A DNA stretch of 64,000 bases from a virus (lineage: Duplodnaviria; Caudoviricetes): positions 55,579 to 119,578 of IMG/VR virus record IMGVR_UViG_3300011008_000012; one strand, written 5' to 3'. The position numbers and the translations under genes were made by a program. Positions 9,596 to 21,200 of the stretch are shown here, in pieces (the stretch's first letter is position 1; every line of letters begins with the position of its first letter). Below the pieces are notes generated by a model that was not told where the DNA came from, did no database searches, and was given only the letters and a program-made list of their open reading frames with translations.

Positions 9596-9985
9596 ACCGA
9601 TATTCTATTTCCTGGAGAATCAGGAGGACGGGCTGCGGAAGAACGCCACATTGATGAAATCGCAAGAGGCTTTATCATAACCACAACGCAAAGCGTTATT
9701 GGACGCGGGATAACTGCATATCTTGGCGTAGTATCGGAGACGGTTGTTCTTGGGCAAGGAATGAAAAGTGCATGGTCTTTAGAGTTTGCCGATGCGGCTG
9801 GCAAGGCTAGTAACAGCTTCGAGCAGAAGGTTGTTGAAGCAAAAAGCGAATTATTCCGAAGAATGTCTCACACACTTTACCATGCCGGAGGCGACGCCAT
9901 TGTTGGGTTATCGATTGATGTCGAGATGTCAAACACAAACGCAATCATTGTGACCGGTACAGGAACTATGATTAAATTATCATAA
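9592..9985 (+). CDS. YbjQ (UPF0145)-like protein whose start codon is out of frame
   Basis: Frame 9596-9985 encodes IITTTQSVIGRGITAYLGVVS...GGDAIVGLSID...TGTGT. The SD-associated ATG at 9592 is in a different frame. Confidence 0.65.
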
Positions 9986-9992
9986 AACTCAC

Positions 9993-10037
9993 ACCCCGTA
10001 GGAGGCCACAAACGGCTTTCTGCGGGGTTTTCTTTTT
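9993..10037. terminator. terminator between the convergent genome arms
   Basis: ACCCCGTAGGAGGCC...GGCTTTCTGCGGGGT followed by a T tract. A second, minus-strand hairpin (GAGCTATC-TTCG-GATGGCTC + T9) lies at about 10103-10131. Confidence 0.8.
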
Positions 10038-10147
10038 ACCCATATCCCTGCATCCCGGCGTCTCTGCGCGCAAATACACAGCTGCCAGCAGTACCACGCG
10101 GTAAAAAAAAAGAGCCATCCGAAGATAGCTCTAATATAAGAGAAACA

Positions 10148-10561
10148 TTATCCGTCATTTTCAGGATCGGTTTCAGAACTGGTCTCTGAGTCGTCTCCCT
10201 GGTCAGTAGATGGATCTGTACCATCGTCGGACTGTGAGTCTGTTTCGTTACTCGCAACCGTGGAAATAACCGCAGTATCGAGTCTTTTGATCACCTTGAC
10301 CAATTTTGTTGGTTCAATATGAACGATGCCGTTCCCGTCAGACCATTTGATCTCAAGAGTAAGCATTCCAACTGGGAATTCCATAGTGTCGGCTTCTGTC
10401 AGCGGAGCAAATATCTTTTCATCTGAGATTGTAAGATCGTTGTACTCCCAGTTTTTAACATCGCTGTTTCCGTCATGCAGGAGAACTGACATATTTGTCA
10501 CGTCAGAAACACTCCCGCTGATCCTGATACGTATTGGGCTGTTTGCCCCCTGATAAATCAT
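10148..10561 (-). CDS. hypothetical protein (BppU-N-like beta domain with an acidic tail)
   Basis: 137-aa ORF with GGGGTG SD. Confidence 0.55.
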   Translation of the reverse strand: MIYQGANSPIRIRISGSVSDVTNMSVLLHDGNSDVKNWEYNDLTISDEKIFAPLTEADTMEFPVGMLTLEIKWSDGNGIVHIEPTKLVKVIKRLDTAVISTVASNETDSQSDDGTDPSTDQGDDSETSSETDPENDG

Positions 10562-10574
10562 AATATATCACCCC

Positions 10575-11045
10575 TCACAGGAAATTATTCTTCTCAAGGC
10601 ATTCATCATACGCCTCAAGAATTTTCTTTTTCGCGGCGACGGTCTTATTGTTCTCAAATTCCTTATGAGCATCACAGTACCGCTCATAATCGTCGATATC
10701 CTCAAGAACCTGTGTAAAACTCTCGTGCGAATGTTTCACACCGCGGCGGATCTCATCGCCGAATGAGAGTATATTACGCCTGCATGCGATCACATTTCGC
10801 ATATCGTCTTTTGCACTGATTTCTGTGACATCGTTTTTGAGCGTGTTTACCTGAATTTCAATATCCTTGACCTTGTCTAAAAGCTCGTGATTGGTCATTT
10901 TACCGATCCACCCAAAAAATCTGGACAACGGGTTCAACTTGATCGGTGTGATCTCAATAAATGTCGCCAATATGACAAAAATGCCGAAGCCGCCGCCGAT
11001 GATCTGACCTGCTGTGAGGCTCAGTATATCGAGTAGGTTTTTCAT
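10575..11045 (-). CDS. membrane-anchored protein, holin-associated
   Basis: N-terminal TM segment, IEITPIKLNPLS, then a coiled coil. Confidence 0.55.
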   Translation of the reverse strand: MKNLLDILSLTAGQIIGGGFGIFVILATFIEITPIKLNPLSRFFGWIGKMTNHELLDKVKDIEIQVNTLKNDVTEISAKDDMRNVIACRRNILSFGDEIRRGVKHSHESFTQVLEDIDDYERYCDAHKEFENNKTVAAKKKILEAYDECLEKNNFL

Positions 11046-11056
11046 GAGTTACTACC

Positions 11057-11377
11057 TCATACGTTGCCGTTTGCATTCACAATATGCGTCATGGCGCAAA
11101 GGCTATCGATCATTTCAGAGATAACATTCAGGTCAATGTCATACTCGATAGTATCAGCACTTGCCTTCACCATCATCAGCACCCACTCCTTGCGTTCATC
11201 GCCGGTTGTAAACTTCAACTCTGCCTGAGCCATAAGGCTTGTCACGAGATCAAGAACCTGACGCCAATTCCTTTCCTTGATGGCGGTCTGAGTATACTGA
11301 ACAAGCTTAATGATCAGGGGGATAGCTGTAATCACACCAGACAGGATAGCCAATACATACTTAATGATTTCTTCCAT
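11057..11377 (-). CDS. putative holin (LL-H-like)
   Basis: N-terminal TM segment, AE...G.ERKEWV, I..MIDS. Confidence 0.6.
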   Translation of the reverse strand: MEEIIKYVLAILSGVITAIPLIIKLVQYTQTAIKERNWRQVLDLVTSLMAQAELKFTTGDERKEWVLMMVKASADTIEYDIDLNVISEMIDSLCAMTHIVNANGNV

Positions 11378-11395
11378 TTTAGTCCCTCCTTGGTA

Positions 11396-11851
11396 TCAGC
11401 TTCGTTCCGGAAGTATAAGCACAACCTTCCCGAAGCATTTATAATACGGCGTTGGTCTGTCGCCAAAGATGTAGTAGTTATAAGCATCTGCTATGATTAC
11501 CGCGATCATTGACAGAGCTGCCCAAGCGAGGCTGAATGGCAGGCAAACGACACCGTCAAAATTCCAAATTACGTTTGAATAATCCCACATGACTGAGATA
11601 ATGCCCGTGTGTATAGCGAACTCACCGATAACGAGCTCCATAAATGAAACGAGGGCTGAACCAATCAGCCCCTGCAAAATGATATCAACATCCCATGATA
11701 TTCGGTTGTTTATCTGATCGAGAAGAAGTATAATCAATCCGCCGCAGCACCCCATAAGAGGGTAACTCCGCCCTCTATACGTGACCTCAATAGCGATATA
11801 GAGGCTGTATCCCAGGATGAATAAAAGCGTCGTCTTAACAACTTTCTTCAT
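11396..11851 (-). CDS. putative 4-TM membrane protein (ABC_trans_CmpB-like)
   Basis: Y..IEV.YRG, E...G and WDYS...NF.G.VCL.FS motifs. Confidence 0.7.
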   Translation of the reverse strand: MKKVVKTTLLFILGYSLYIAIEVTYRGRSYPLMGCCGGLIILLLDQINNRISWDVDIILQGLIGSALVSFMELVIGEFAIHTGIISVMWDYSNVIWNFDGVVCLPFSLAWAALSMIAVIIADAYNYYIFGDRPTPYYKCFGKVVLILPERS

Positions 11852-12618
11852 TCAGCATTAGCCTCCAGCATATGCTTGAAGATATCAGACTGGAACGCTG
11901 CCGGGATATCCATACCGAATGTAACGGCAACGATCTCATCCACTGTTTCCAAAGACTCAATATACGCTTTCAAGCTGTTGAAATATGTAGTCAGGTATGT
12001 CTTTTTATTTGCAGCCACATCGATAATAGCCTGCATTTCATCAGCGGAAAAGTATCGACACAGCTCTCCGTCGGCATGGTATGGGACTTGCGGCTCGCCA
12101 GCGGCCACCATGCTAGACAGCGTGATCAGATTGAGCTGGTCTTGCACTGTCAGAGAGAAGTGGTGAGATTCGCCGTCTGCCAGGGTCACGTCAAAACCGT
12201 TGGTAATAGCGCGATTACACGCCACGCTCATCTCATTCAGCTTCGCCGTTTTCAGGAATTCGATCGTTGCTTCATTGGCGGGGTCAGAAGAGTCGATAAA
12301 GTAATCATCAACGACATCCTCTATGACAACCTCGTCATCATCAATTTCGATTTCCGATTCTGTCTCAAAGGCTGAAACAAGCGCGTCGTACTCATCCTTA
12401 TCAATACTGACAATGGAGGCACGAACATAATTCTGATCCTCCATAACCGGCCGCAGCCAATCGTCGTGGTAGTATATACCGTTGTATTCTACATATTCCG
12501 CATGATCCAGGTCACAGAGCAGATATACATTATGCTTGCGCTGGAACTTACGAAGATTCTCAAGCGATGCAACGCCAACGATATTCTGCCCATTTATCAA
12601 CTTGAAATAGCTCACCAT
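11848..12618 (-). CDS. DUF4376-like tail-fibre-associated protein
   Basis: C-terminal HFSLTVQDQLNL...YHADGELCRYFS. AAGGAGG SD precedes ATG 12618; the gene overlaps the RT 3' end. Confidence 0.7.
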   Translation of the reverse strand: MVSYFKLINGQNIVGVASLENLRKFQRKHNVYLLCDLDHAEYVEYNGIYYHDDWLRPVMEDQNYVRASIVSIDKDEYDALVSAFETESEIEIDDDEVVIEDVVDDYFIDSSDPANEATIEFLKTAKLNEMSVACNRAITNGFDVTLADGESHHFSLTVQDQLNLITLSSMVAAGEPQVPYHADGELCRYFSADEMQAIIDVAANKKTYLTTYFNSLKAYIESLETVDEIVAVTFGMDIPAAFQSDIFKHMLEANAE

Positions 12619-13849
12619 GATTTCCTCCTTTGATATGTTCATATTTCTTCGTCAAGCGGTAGCCGTCAAAAAGCTGGTTATACAGCTTCATCATGTTCCG
12701 TTGCGTATGGTAGGACATAGCAATATCCGCGTGAGCCTTCCACGATTGAAGGGAATCGTACACGTTGTTCATGGTCATCTCACCAATGTCAACCTTCCTG
12801 CGGAATTTGCGCAGTTTCCTACGCATCCTTGTGATGTTTTTGCGCGTAAGGTTCTTAATAACCTTTCCAGTGCTTGTTACATAGTATCTGGTTTTAAGGA
12901 ATGTAAAACCGTGAAGAGATTTCACAATGTGTGTTTTCTTCATATTGAACCGCAGGCCAAGGTCGTCGCATATCGGCTTAAGATCTTCTAAGAGCTTTAT
13001 AAGCTCCTCTTTGGTCTTGGCTATAACGATTCCGTCATCCATATACCTGATATAATGCTTGAACCTTGCGTGATCCTTGATATAGTGATCGATAGCGTTC
13101 GGAACAATAAGAGCCATAGATTGAGAAATCTGGCTTCCTAAGCATATACCGCAAAGTTCGTCATGCTCCAATAGATCAAGTTGGCGTTCGCGCTCGTCTT
13201 TGTCCTTGATCTTATTGATCTTCTTTTGATATGGGCTTTTAATAAACGCCATCAGAACATTGACAACCATCTCGTCGTTGTATATGCTGTTTAATATACG
13301 GCGGCACGTTCTATGAGGGATGCTGTCAAAATAACTCTTGAAATCAAACGATAAAACATAGAACTCAGGTCCGTATTCACGAATCGCATTGTGGAGATGC
13401 TTGTCCAGACGTGCCCTGGTAAAATCTACACCTTTGCCAGCTAAACTTGCACCGTTGTCGTAAATCAAATGATCCCTTATCATCGGTACGAGAGAATTGT
13501 CGCAGAATACTTTTTGTAGTACGCGGTCACGAATATGTATTGGCGTGATTACGCGAGCCTTGCCTCTCTCGTATATAACGATCTCTCGATCGCCCGTTGC
13601 TCTGGGAGGCGCACCGGTAAGCATGATATTGAAATCCCTAAAAATATTACAGATGGCATTATAGTTGTATCTCTGAACACTTTTCTTCCATCGAACGCCG
13701 GATTGACATTTCCGCAGGGCGTTCGTAAAATGTTCTATTGTGACGATCTTATAATAGTCGTCGTAGTCTTTGTACTTCTTTGCGCGGCGCTCAGCTTTTT
13801 CAGCAATATCGCGCTCGATACGAATTTTGGCGCGTAAGCGCTTGTTCAT
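12560..13849 (-). CDS. DGR reverse transcriptase
   Basis: RDRVLQ, GKGVDF, DFKSYFDSI, GICLGSQISQ, YIRYMDD and FTFLK motifs; adjacent to TR and avd. Confidence 0.95.
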   Translation of the reverse strand: MNKRLRAKIRIERDIAEKAERRAKKYKDYDDYYKIVTIEHFTNALRKCQSGVRWKKSVQRYNYNAICNIFRDFNIMLTGAPPRATGDREIVIYERGKARVITPIHIRDRVLQKVFCDNSLVPMIRDHLIYDNGASLAGKGVDFTRARLDKHLHNAIREYGPEFYVLSFDFKSYFDSIPHRTCRRILNSIYNDEMVVNVLMAFIKSPYQKKINKIKDKDERERQLDLLEHDELCGICLGSQISQSMALIVPNAIDHYIKDHARFKHYIRYMDDGIVIAKTKEELIKLLEDLKPICDDLGLRFNMKKTHIVKSLHGFTFLKTRYYVTSTGKVIKNLTRKNITRMRRKLRKFRRKVDIGEMTMNNVYDSLQSWKAHADIAMSYHTQRNMMKLYNQLFDGYRLTKKYEHIKGGNHGELFQVDKWAEYRWRCIA

Positions 13850-14123
13850 GGAGTCACCTCCAAATAAAAGATTTTCCTCTGTGCGCTGTAGAATGCGGTT
13901 AATTATTCCAGCGCAAACGGGGCTGTGCCAACCAAATTATTCTTAACCAAATAATTGGTGTGCCGCAATTAAGAGCATATCACGCATCCCCGTATACAGA
14001 TTGCCTTCATGGCAAGCCAACCTTAAAGCAGGTCGGCGTATTATTTACCCAATGGGAAGGTTATGTTCTCCTTCTCGACTATATTGTTTCTTCGGCCAAT
14101 CATACGGGCTTACTTTATATAGC

Positions 14124-14270
14124 GAGAATCCGAGGCACACGCCATTGTTGTTGCTCGCGTTGTTGTTGTTGAGGTTGCCGTTGTTGTTGACATTCATGAA
14201 GTTGGTGGTGTTGCCAAGGTTGGGAGAGCGCTCCCACCAGTTGTTAGCACCGACCCAGCCGCCAACAGCG
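14124..14270 (-). repeat. DGR template repeat (TR)
   Basis: 147-bp copy of VR with 17 AAY codons. All 14 mismatches to VR are at TR adenines (coding strand). Confidence 0.97.
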
Positions 14271-14319
14271 CAGAGCCCAACAACAACCGCGAATAACAGG
14301 CCATAACCTAATATAATAT

Positions 14320-15117
14320 TTACATGATATGAGCGTATCTTTTCTTGTCTGATTTCAATAGATTCTGTAATAGCTTAATCTCTTTTGCCAGCAAACCGGA
14401 CAGTTCTGTTTGAACTCTGTCGGTACAATGATTGAACGCAAAATACGATATGAGTGGTGTATTCATTTGCTTCAGATAATTGATAGTATCTGAAATACAC
14501 TCGCGCCGATGCTCAACGTCATCCGGCGTTTCCGGCACTTTCATATTCCCATCTGCGATACATCCCAAAGCCAGTGTCGATAGCTTAATCAGCAAATTAC
14601 CGTTTGTATTTCTGAACGATCTTTTTGACGAGATCATTTTTGAAAAGATTTCACCTTGAAGCTCGCACATCGTACTCACGAACTCCGCATGTTGTATGGC
14701 GTAATTATCAAGAATAACGATCTTGTCGCCGTCGTCTAATTCAATACAGGCCATCTCGGCAAGTACCTCCATTTCGTGGTTTATGGATTGCGCTAGATAA
14801 ACCATTTTCCGTTCCTCAAAGCGCTCGATATTCCACATCGCAAGCAGATATGGCTGCAACGATTTTAGTTTGCCAATCACATCCTGCACCATTGGAATCA
14901 ATGCGGTATCTTTGAATTTATACCCGTAGCTATCGTCAGCCATTTTGCCGATTATGATGGCGACATCGTTCAATATCTCGTTGATTGGGACGGATATGTA
15001 TGGTTGCCGACGTATAGGCACCTTGCTCGTATACATATCGCTTATGTTATATAAAGTGATAAAGCTATTGAAGAATTCAAGTTCAGAGGTTTTCCTCTGT
15101 GAAGCAAGTACGCTCAT
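14320..15117 (-). CDS. avd: DGR accessory variability determinant, double length (265 aa)
   Basis: Lies between VR and TR. Starts MSVLASQRKTSELEF and ends EIKLLQNLLKSDKKR; AAGGAG SD before ATG 15117. Confidence 0.78.
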   Translation of the reverse strand: MSVLASQRKTSELEFFNSFITLYNISDMYTSKVPIRRQPYISVPINEILNDVAIIIGKMADDSYGYKFKDTALIPMVQDVIGKLKSLQPYLLAMWNIERFEERKMVYLAQSINHEMEVLAEMACIELDDGDKIVILDNYAIQHAEFVSTMCELQGEIFSKMISSKRSFRNTNGNLLIKLSTLALGCIADGNMKVPETPDDVEHRRECISDTINYLKQMNTPLISYFAFNHCTDRVQTELSGLLAKEIKLLQNLLKSDKKRYAHIM

Positions 15118-15169
15118 TTTTTCTCCTTTCATTCCGATAGGGCGGTCTAAAGCCGCCCGATCATTATTT

Positions 15170-15205
15170 ATCCCTCCCACCGGAAATGGCGGGAGGGATT
15201 TTTTG
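15170..15205. terminator. GC-rich hairpin between the tail fibre gene and avd
   Basis: ATCCCTCCC...GGGAGGGAT flanked by A/T tracts. Confidence 0.6.
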
Positions 15206-15243
15206 TTTACACGCGAGAGTTAGGCATATCTATCTGAAAAATT

Positions 15244-18200
15244 TCAGATAGAGAAGCCGAGGCACACGCCATAGTAGTAGCTCGCGTTGTTGTAGTAGAG
15301 GGCGCCGTAGTTGCTGACATACATGAAGTAGGTGGTGTTGCCAAGGTTGGGAGAGCGCTCCCACCAGCCGTTAGCACCGACCCAGCCGCCAACAGCGGAA
15401 GAGTCTCCAAAAGTGCCACTATCGGAAGTATAGGCAGGCGTGATGCCATATTGATCGAGCTCGTCCTGTTCGACAAACATGTATCCGATACTGCTATTGC
15501 CTGTATTGATCCAGATAGATCCAGTGCCAATGTCAGTAGAAAGATACGCCGCAGGGTCGCTCGCACAAGAGTAGATGTACGCATTGCCGTCATAGGCAGT
15601 GGTGTTGCCCGTACCAAGAGCGTATTTACGAATACGCCCACGCCACTTCAGGCGTTGCGCATTTGCGGTGTTGTATGACGAGATGCCAGAACCGCTCTGC
15701 TGTACGAACCACGGGATTCTCGGACTACTTGTATCTGCGCCAATTTCGTCGTTATACCCAGTACCAGAACCGCCAAGTTCGTAATAACTCGGTAGGTAAA
15801 CCTTGTCATTTGACGTGATGATCGATGTGCTTTGACTGCCTGCCGTCGCATTGATTTGCACGGAACGTATAATAGATCTCCACTCTATGGGCAAAGCACG
15901 GAACAGGCGGCCATTGCAGAATGCACGCATCTTGGAATTCTCCCAGCCCGTTGAGTTATCATTGCTTGAGTTCATGTAATAGCCGCGTTTATACAACAGG
16001 TTATTCGCTATGAAACTGGCGTTTGACACGTTACCGGAACCGTCGGCGTATTCATATTTGCCCTCGCCCCAATACTCCATGCGCACGACCTCGTGCGGCC
16101 ACTGAGCAAGAGCAAAAGCGTTGTAGTCTCCGATATCGTCATACCAGATCTTCATCCAGTGGATGTGGCCTGTGCCATAATTCCTGTAAGTATTGGATGT
16201 GGTATGATAATTTACAGCTCCAAATGTCACTGGTTCGTTGCTGGTTACATATGTAGTGCGCGTAAGCATCGTCTTACTGACATTGGTGCTGAACAGACTG
16301 CTGTTACCTGTTCCGCTTGCCGCGTATACATATAGTGCTGAGCTGCCGGACGGGTGTCGGAGTACGACAATATCCCTGTTGCCTCCGCTAGACCCTACAT
16401 AAGTAGTCTTATCGCCCCACTGGATCGTTGGTGCTGTGCCGTCATAGTAGAGACGGAAGTTCGACGTACTGCCGTAGTTGGCAGAGAGCAGCGTCATACC
16501 GGAGGTCGACCCAATAAAATCAAAGTCGATCGCCATGGTGAATGCAGGAGAATCATCGTCGAAAAGAACGATATTGGATAGGTAGTATGTACTGCCGTCG
16601 AAATAGTACCCGCCGCTCAGATATTGATCCACAGCTACACCTGTAAGCGAAAGCGTAGACTCGGCACTATCGCTGTAATATTTCGGCCCGATAGTGATAC
16701 TGTCCACATTGCTGAAAATGCAGTCTGTACCAAGCTTGATATCCGTATAGTCAAGATCCTCAAAATAAGAGCTCTGTAGACCTGCCTTACCTATACCGTA
16801 AATCTGAGAGACCGTCATGTCGCTCATGTCCGTACCCTGGGCGGGGAGCGCGGCATTGGTAGCAATCCAGTCAGCATACACATTCACATCGCCCGTTATA
16901 AATCCTGTGCTCTTATCCCAGCTGCGGAACACACGGAATGTGTAAGAGCTCTCGTCATCCGCAAACGTGGGCAGGGTTGAGTCGTTTATTACGTCCTCGT
17001 ATGTGGCCGTAGACCACACAGAACCGTTTGAATAATAGATCTGTCCTGTCGCATAATTCTGGTAATACATATCTGCATAGTCAGCCGCTGCATATCCCGC
17101 AGCCGCCGGGGTTGTGCTGCCATAGCCTACGCATATATTACTGTCAATATAGTCGATACACCCACCATATGGCACCCCACTCACAGTGAGGAAGGTTGTG
17201 CCTGCGTCGCGGTACCACTTCACTGTGTATGTGCGTGTAGTAGTGGTATACTCAGCTGTCACGTTGCGGTTGTAGCTCATGACAGTTGTGATATCATCCC
17301 ACCCGGAGAATGTATAGATGTACTGCGCTGTAGACGCCATTGCGGGCGTAAGAATATCTGCATTCGCTACAGTGCTCCACGATGTACCATCCGAGAGATA
17401 GATCGCTCCGGTTGAAGTGTCCTGGTAGTAATCGCCATTATAACTGGATGCATCATATCCGGTTGCAGCCGGTGTGCCGCTATCTGACACAGTGATAGTA
17501 TAGCCCATAGTAATTGGGTCGTAAGGGGCACTGCCTACATCAACCCACTGTGTATAGGCAAGACCGTCTGTATCCAGAATTGCAGTTCCGTCTGCATTAA
17601 GGAATGTTGCAAGATACTGTGTTACCATCGTCCCATAGGTAATTTCTAAATACGGCCAAACCGTATTATACTTGGAAAGCTGGCTCTGACGCATCGTGGT
17701 GACGTATGCATCGCCCGTGAGCACAGACTGTGTAATGTCATAACCGTCGTCATCAATACCGGCCATGTCATATACTGATTCGAGGTCGGTAGTATTTGAC
17801 AATGACCAATCCATACCGATTAGGCGTGTGCGGGAGAGGTTGGGACACGACTGAATAAGGTTCAGAGCGATATCTTTCGTCCCGTGTGTGGTCGTTGTGC
17901 CGGCAATAGTTAAGGCGGCACTGCTGTCGAAATCACAGTTCTCTATGCGCAGCGTTGTCATGTTGGCGGCACTGCCGAGCGTAAGGTCTTGGAGGTACAT
18001 GAGTTCACGCATCGTCAGTGATGTGGGGTTCTGTAAATGGGCGGTTTCCAGTAACCCTGCGGTAGCAAAAGTAACGCCCGTAAAAGCTGTATTCTCCAAG
18101 TATACTTCAGACAGCGATACGCAACCAGACAGATCGAGAGCGCCCGTCACATTCGGGCAATTGCGCACGTCGAGATATTCCAGCATCGTATTGCTGCCGA

Positions 18201-21200
18201 TAGTCAGACTCTCAAGATTGTCATTCTGATAGCCGGTCAGACTGGAGCCAATCTCAAGCTGCTGCAAATTCGTTCCCATCGCAAAGTTGTTTTGCTTAAA
18301 GTAAAGGTGTGCCAGGTCACCGAGGGCTGTAATCATGGGAGCCGTGCAGAAGTACAACTCCGTTTCGCCCATCGAGCCAATTGTGGAGAAGTCCATGGTA
18401 TATGTGGTTCCGCGCTGAGCCCGTGTTTTTGCCACTACGTTATAGCTTGTGGACGCCACCACGATATAACAATCGATGTACATAGATACGGTTGCTGTAT
18501 TTGCCGGAGGCACCACTGTGATAGTAGTTCCAGATGTCGGCGTATTACCACGCACCATGATATTCTGCGATGTGCAGAAGTCGCTCACATATTTCGACGC
18601 ATAATAGTATGCATTGTATGTCTTGACCTGTTCGCGCTGATGCGTTTTTCGGCCTGCCAGCATAGCAATGTATGTTACTGTGCCATTATCTTCGTATGGG
18701 CGCAGATACTTACGCTGGGTATCGGCAACCCACAGCCGCTCAGGCCGTGTATTCTGCCAATCCTGAACCTTTGTAAGGAAGTTTGTCGTGCTGAAGCACC
18801 CGGCGCTTTCGCGGTTGCGATACATCGTCTGGCACGCGCCAAACAGCCCCCTGGTGAACGTGATCCATGCCGCGTCATGAGCATTGAATACGTAACTGCT
18901 GCCGGATTGGTCATCCGTTTCCATACCATATGTGAAGGACAGACCGCCGACATTATCGTTGCCCAGCGCCGTATCGTTATCATAATCCTTCGACGGCTCC
19001 CAGTGCACCAGGTCGTCAGAAGACCAGAAGGTATTCTTCGCAACGTTATCCGTCATAAGGAAAGATTCGATAAACACGAAATGGTAGATAACGGGGTCCA
19101 TTATCATGTACTCCTCACAGTGTTCCAGCAGATAGGCCATGCGGTAATTAAAGCTGTCGGTGGTGTATGTTCCGGCATAATCACTGATCGTTGTTCCGGC
19201 GAGCACATTCGCCGTATCAGCAGACCAGGTAAGTGTGCCGATAGAAGTCCATGTTGTGCCGTTGCTTGAGTAAATATTGTTATTCGAATAGTTGATGTAG
19301 TAGTAGCTCGTTTCCGCACTGGCGTCCGTAACATAATCTCCCGCAGAGTAAATACCGCTGTTATATGCGGTAGGAAGCCCGTAGCCGTACAAATACACGA
19401 CGTTATCATCGTCGTAAGAGCTGGTGTCATACGAACCGGACCCACGGAACGTATAGCTGCCAAATGTTACTGAAGAGGCAAGTGCATTGTTGGTCGCGAG
19501 ATTCGGATTATAATCATACATAAACGATACAAACCGATCCCATGCGGATTTTGCAATATCAACCGAGTCGTCGTCTACGTAGCGGAATTCGAATACCTTT
19601 TGTTCCTCTCCGTCTTCGGTAACAACCGCCTCGTCGTCTCCGTTCCACGTATAGGTCTTGGAAGACATCAGGCACGGGGTAGAGGTGTTGTTAGATACCT
19701 CGACACAGCACGCAAGAGGATTTGTGGTGTCATGGAACACCTCTGTGTTCTTTTTGCTGTTGCCCATATCGCATATGCCGTACAGGTGGTATCCTGTCGT
19801 GTCGGAAAACAGATTGCCGCTTCTGTCCCGGATAAAGATAGCGCCCGGCACAAACTCAATCGTGTCTCTCGCCATGGCATTTTTCTGTTTGGCAGGGGAT
19901 ACCCATGGCTGGTATGTGTTATACCAATCCGCTATGCATGCGTTGTTGGCGTTTTCAGATGAGGCGACATTCAATTTCACGTTGAAATAATCAACTGCGA
20001 TAGAGTCGTCTGTCATACTATATCCCGTGGTGGATGTTGACCCGTCATCAAAGGAAATAGAACCTGTTGTGTAGGACACGTTGTCAGATGTGAACGTCCG
20101 GTTATACTTCATGTTGATATCCACGTTACCGGCAGACTCCAAATAACCGACAGAAGATGTGCCCTGAATGGTAACACACGCATTGTTTACGGTGAAGCAA
20201 TGGCTCGAGCCGCCCGAGTTATAGATATGTCTGGCTGTGTAAGCGACGACATTATCCTTCTTACCTGTGCTCATACGATTGAGATCCAGAAGGATCACAT
20301 GCAGATTAGGGTTCTGCGTGGCAAGTTTTGTATAGTCGATCTCGCCTGAGGCGTTCAAAACATCATTACGATCATAGCGATCAACCATTTCATAGGCATT
20401 CGGAGCGTCCATAATGAAGTTGGACAGCTCGTTATCATTTGTGAGGTAGGTTGGATACGCTTTAACCATGTAGATATATACATCGCAGTCGGCAGAGCCG
20501 ATGGTAATACCGACAGGAGTGACCTGCTGCATACCGTCGTCAGCGGAATACAGGATATTTCGGTCGTGTGAGCCATCCATCCAGAATTGCAGGTATCTAT
20601 ACTCGCTCGTTGGGTGAATGTTGGTCTCAAATTCGATATATATGTCCTTGCAATATAGCGTTTCGAGCGATTCATTGGCCGTTGTCAGCACGGCGTTATT
20701 TGCTGTCATAACAAGACCGACGCCGTTATTGCCTGCAGAGTTGTCCATACAGCTCAGAACTTGAGCGTCATAAGTGCGGCAGTTTACCGCTTTGAATACG
20801 AACTTGAAGTTTTTGCCATACTGCTTGGGGTCATAATCCTGCCCGAACAGGTTATAGTTGAACGTCATTGTCGTCCCGGCCCGTACGCAGAAATATTGAC
20901 GGAGATGCCCGTCGTCATCGTATTCGGTGTGAAGGCCGCCGTTTACCCAGTCAAAGTTGTTGGAAAAGGTGACGTCGACTGTCTGCTGCACGCTGCTGCC
21001 TACTGGTGTATAAGACCCACTCCATGCTTGCACGGAGGCGTTGGTCGCCATTTCAGACGCCTTAAATCGGAAATCGTAACCAGTAACCTCTGCTTCGTCG
21101 ATATCCAGCTCCGCCACCTCAATAGTGATAGTCTTCATAGTAGACCCACAAGTGATCGTAAGAGTTTTCGTCCCATAGGTAGTTGGTGAATAGTTCCAAT

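Noticed and set aside
12560-13849. RT as a group II intron maturase or retron
   Set aside because: The TR/VR pair with adenine-only mismatches and the adjacent avd identify it as a DGR RT.
14124-14270. GTT/AAC trinucleotide runs resembling a microsatellite, and ORF 14001-14306
   Set aside because: Fully explained by the AAC codons of the DGR template repeat; the ORF is a shadow.
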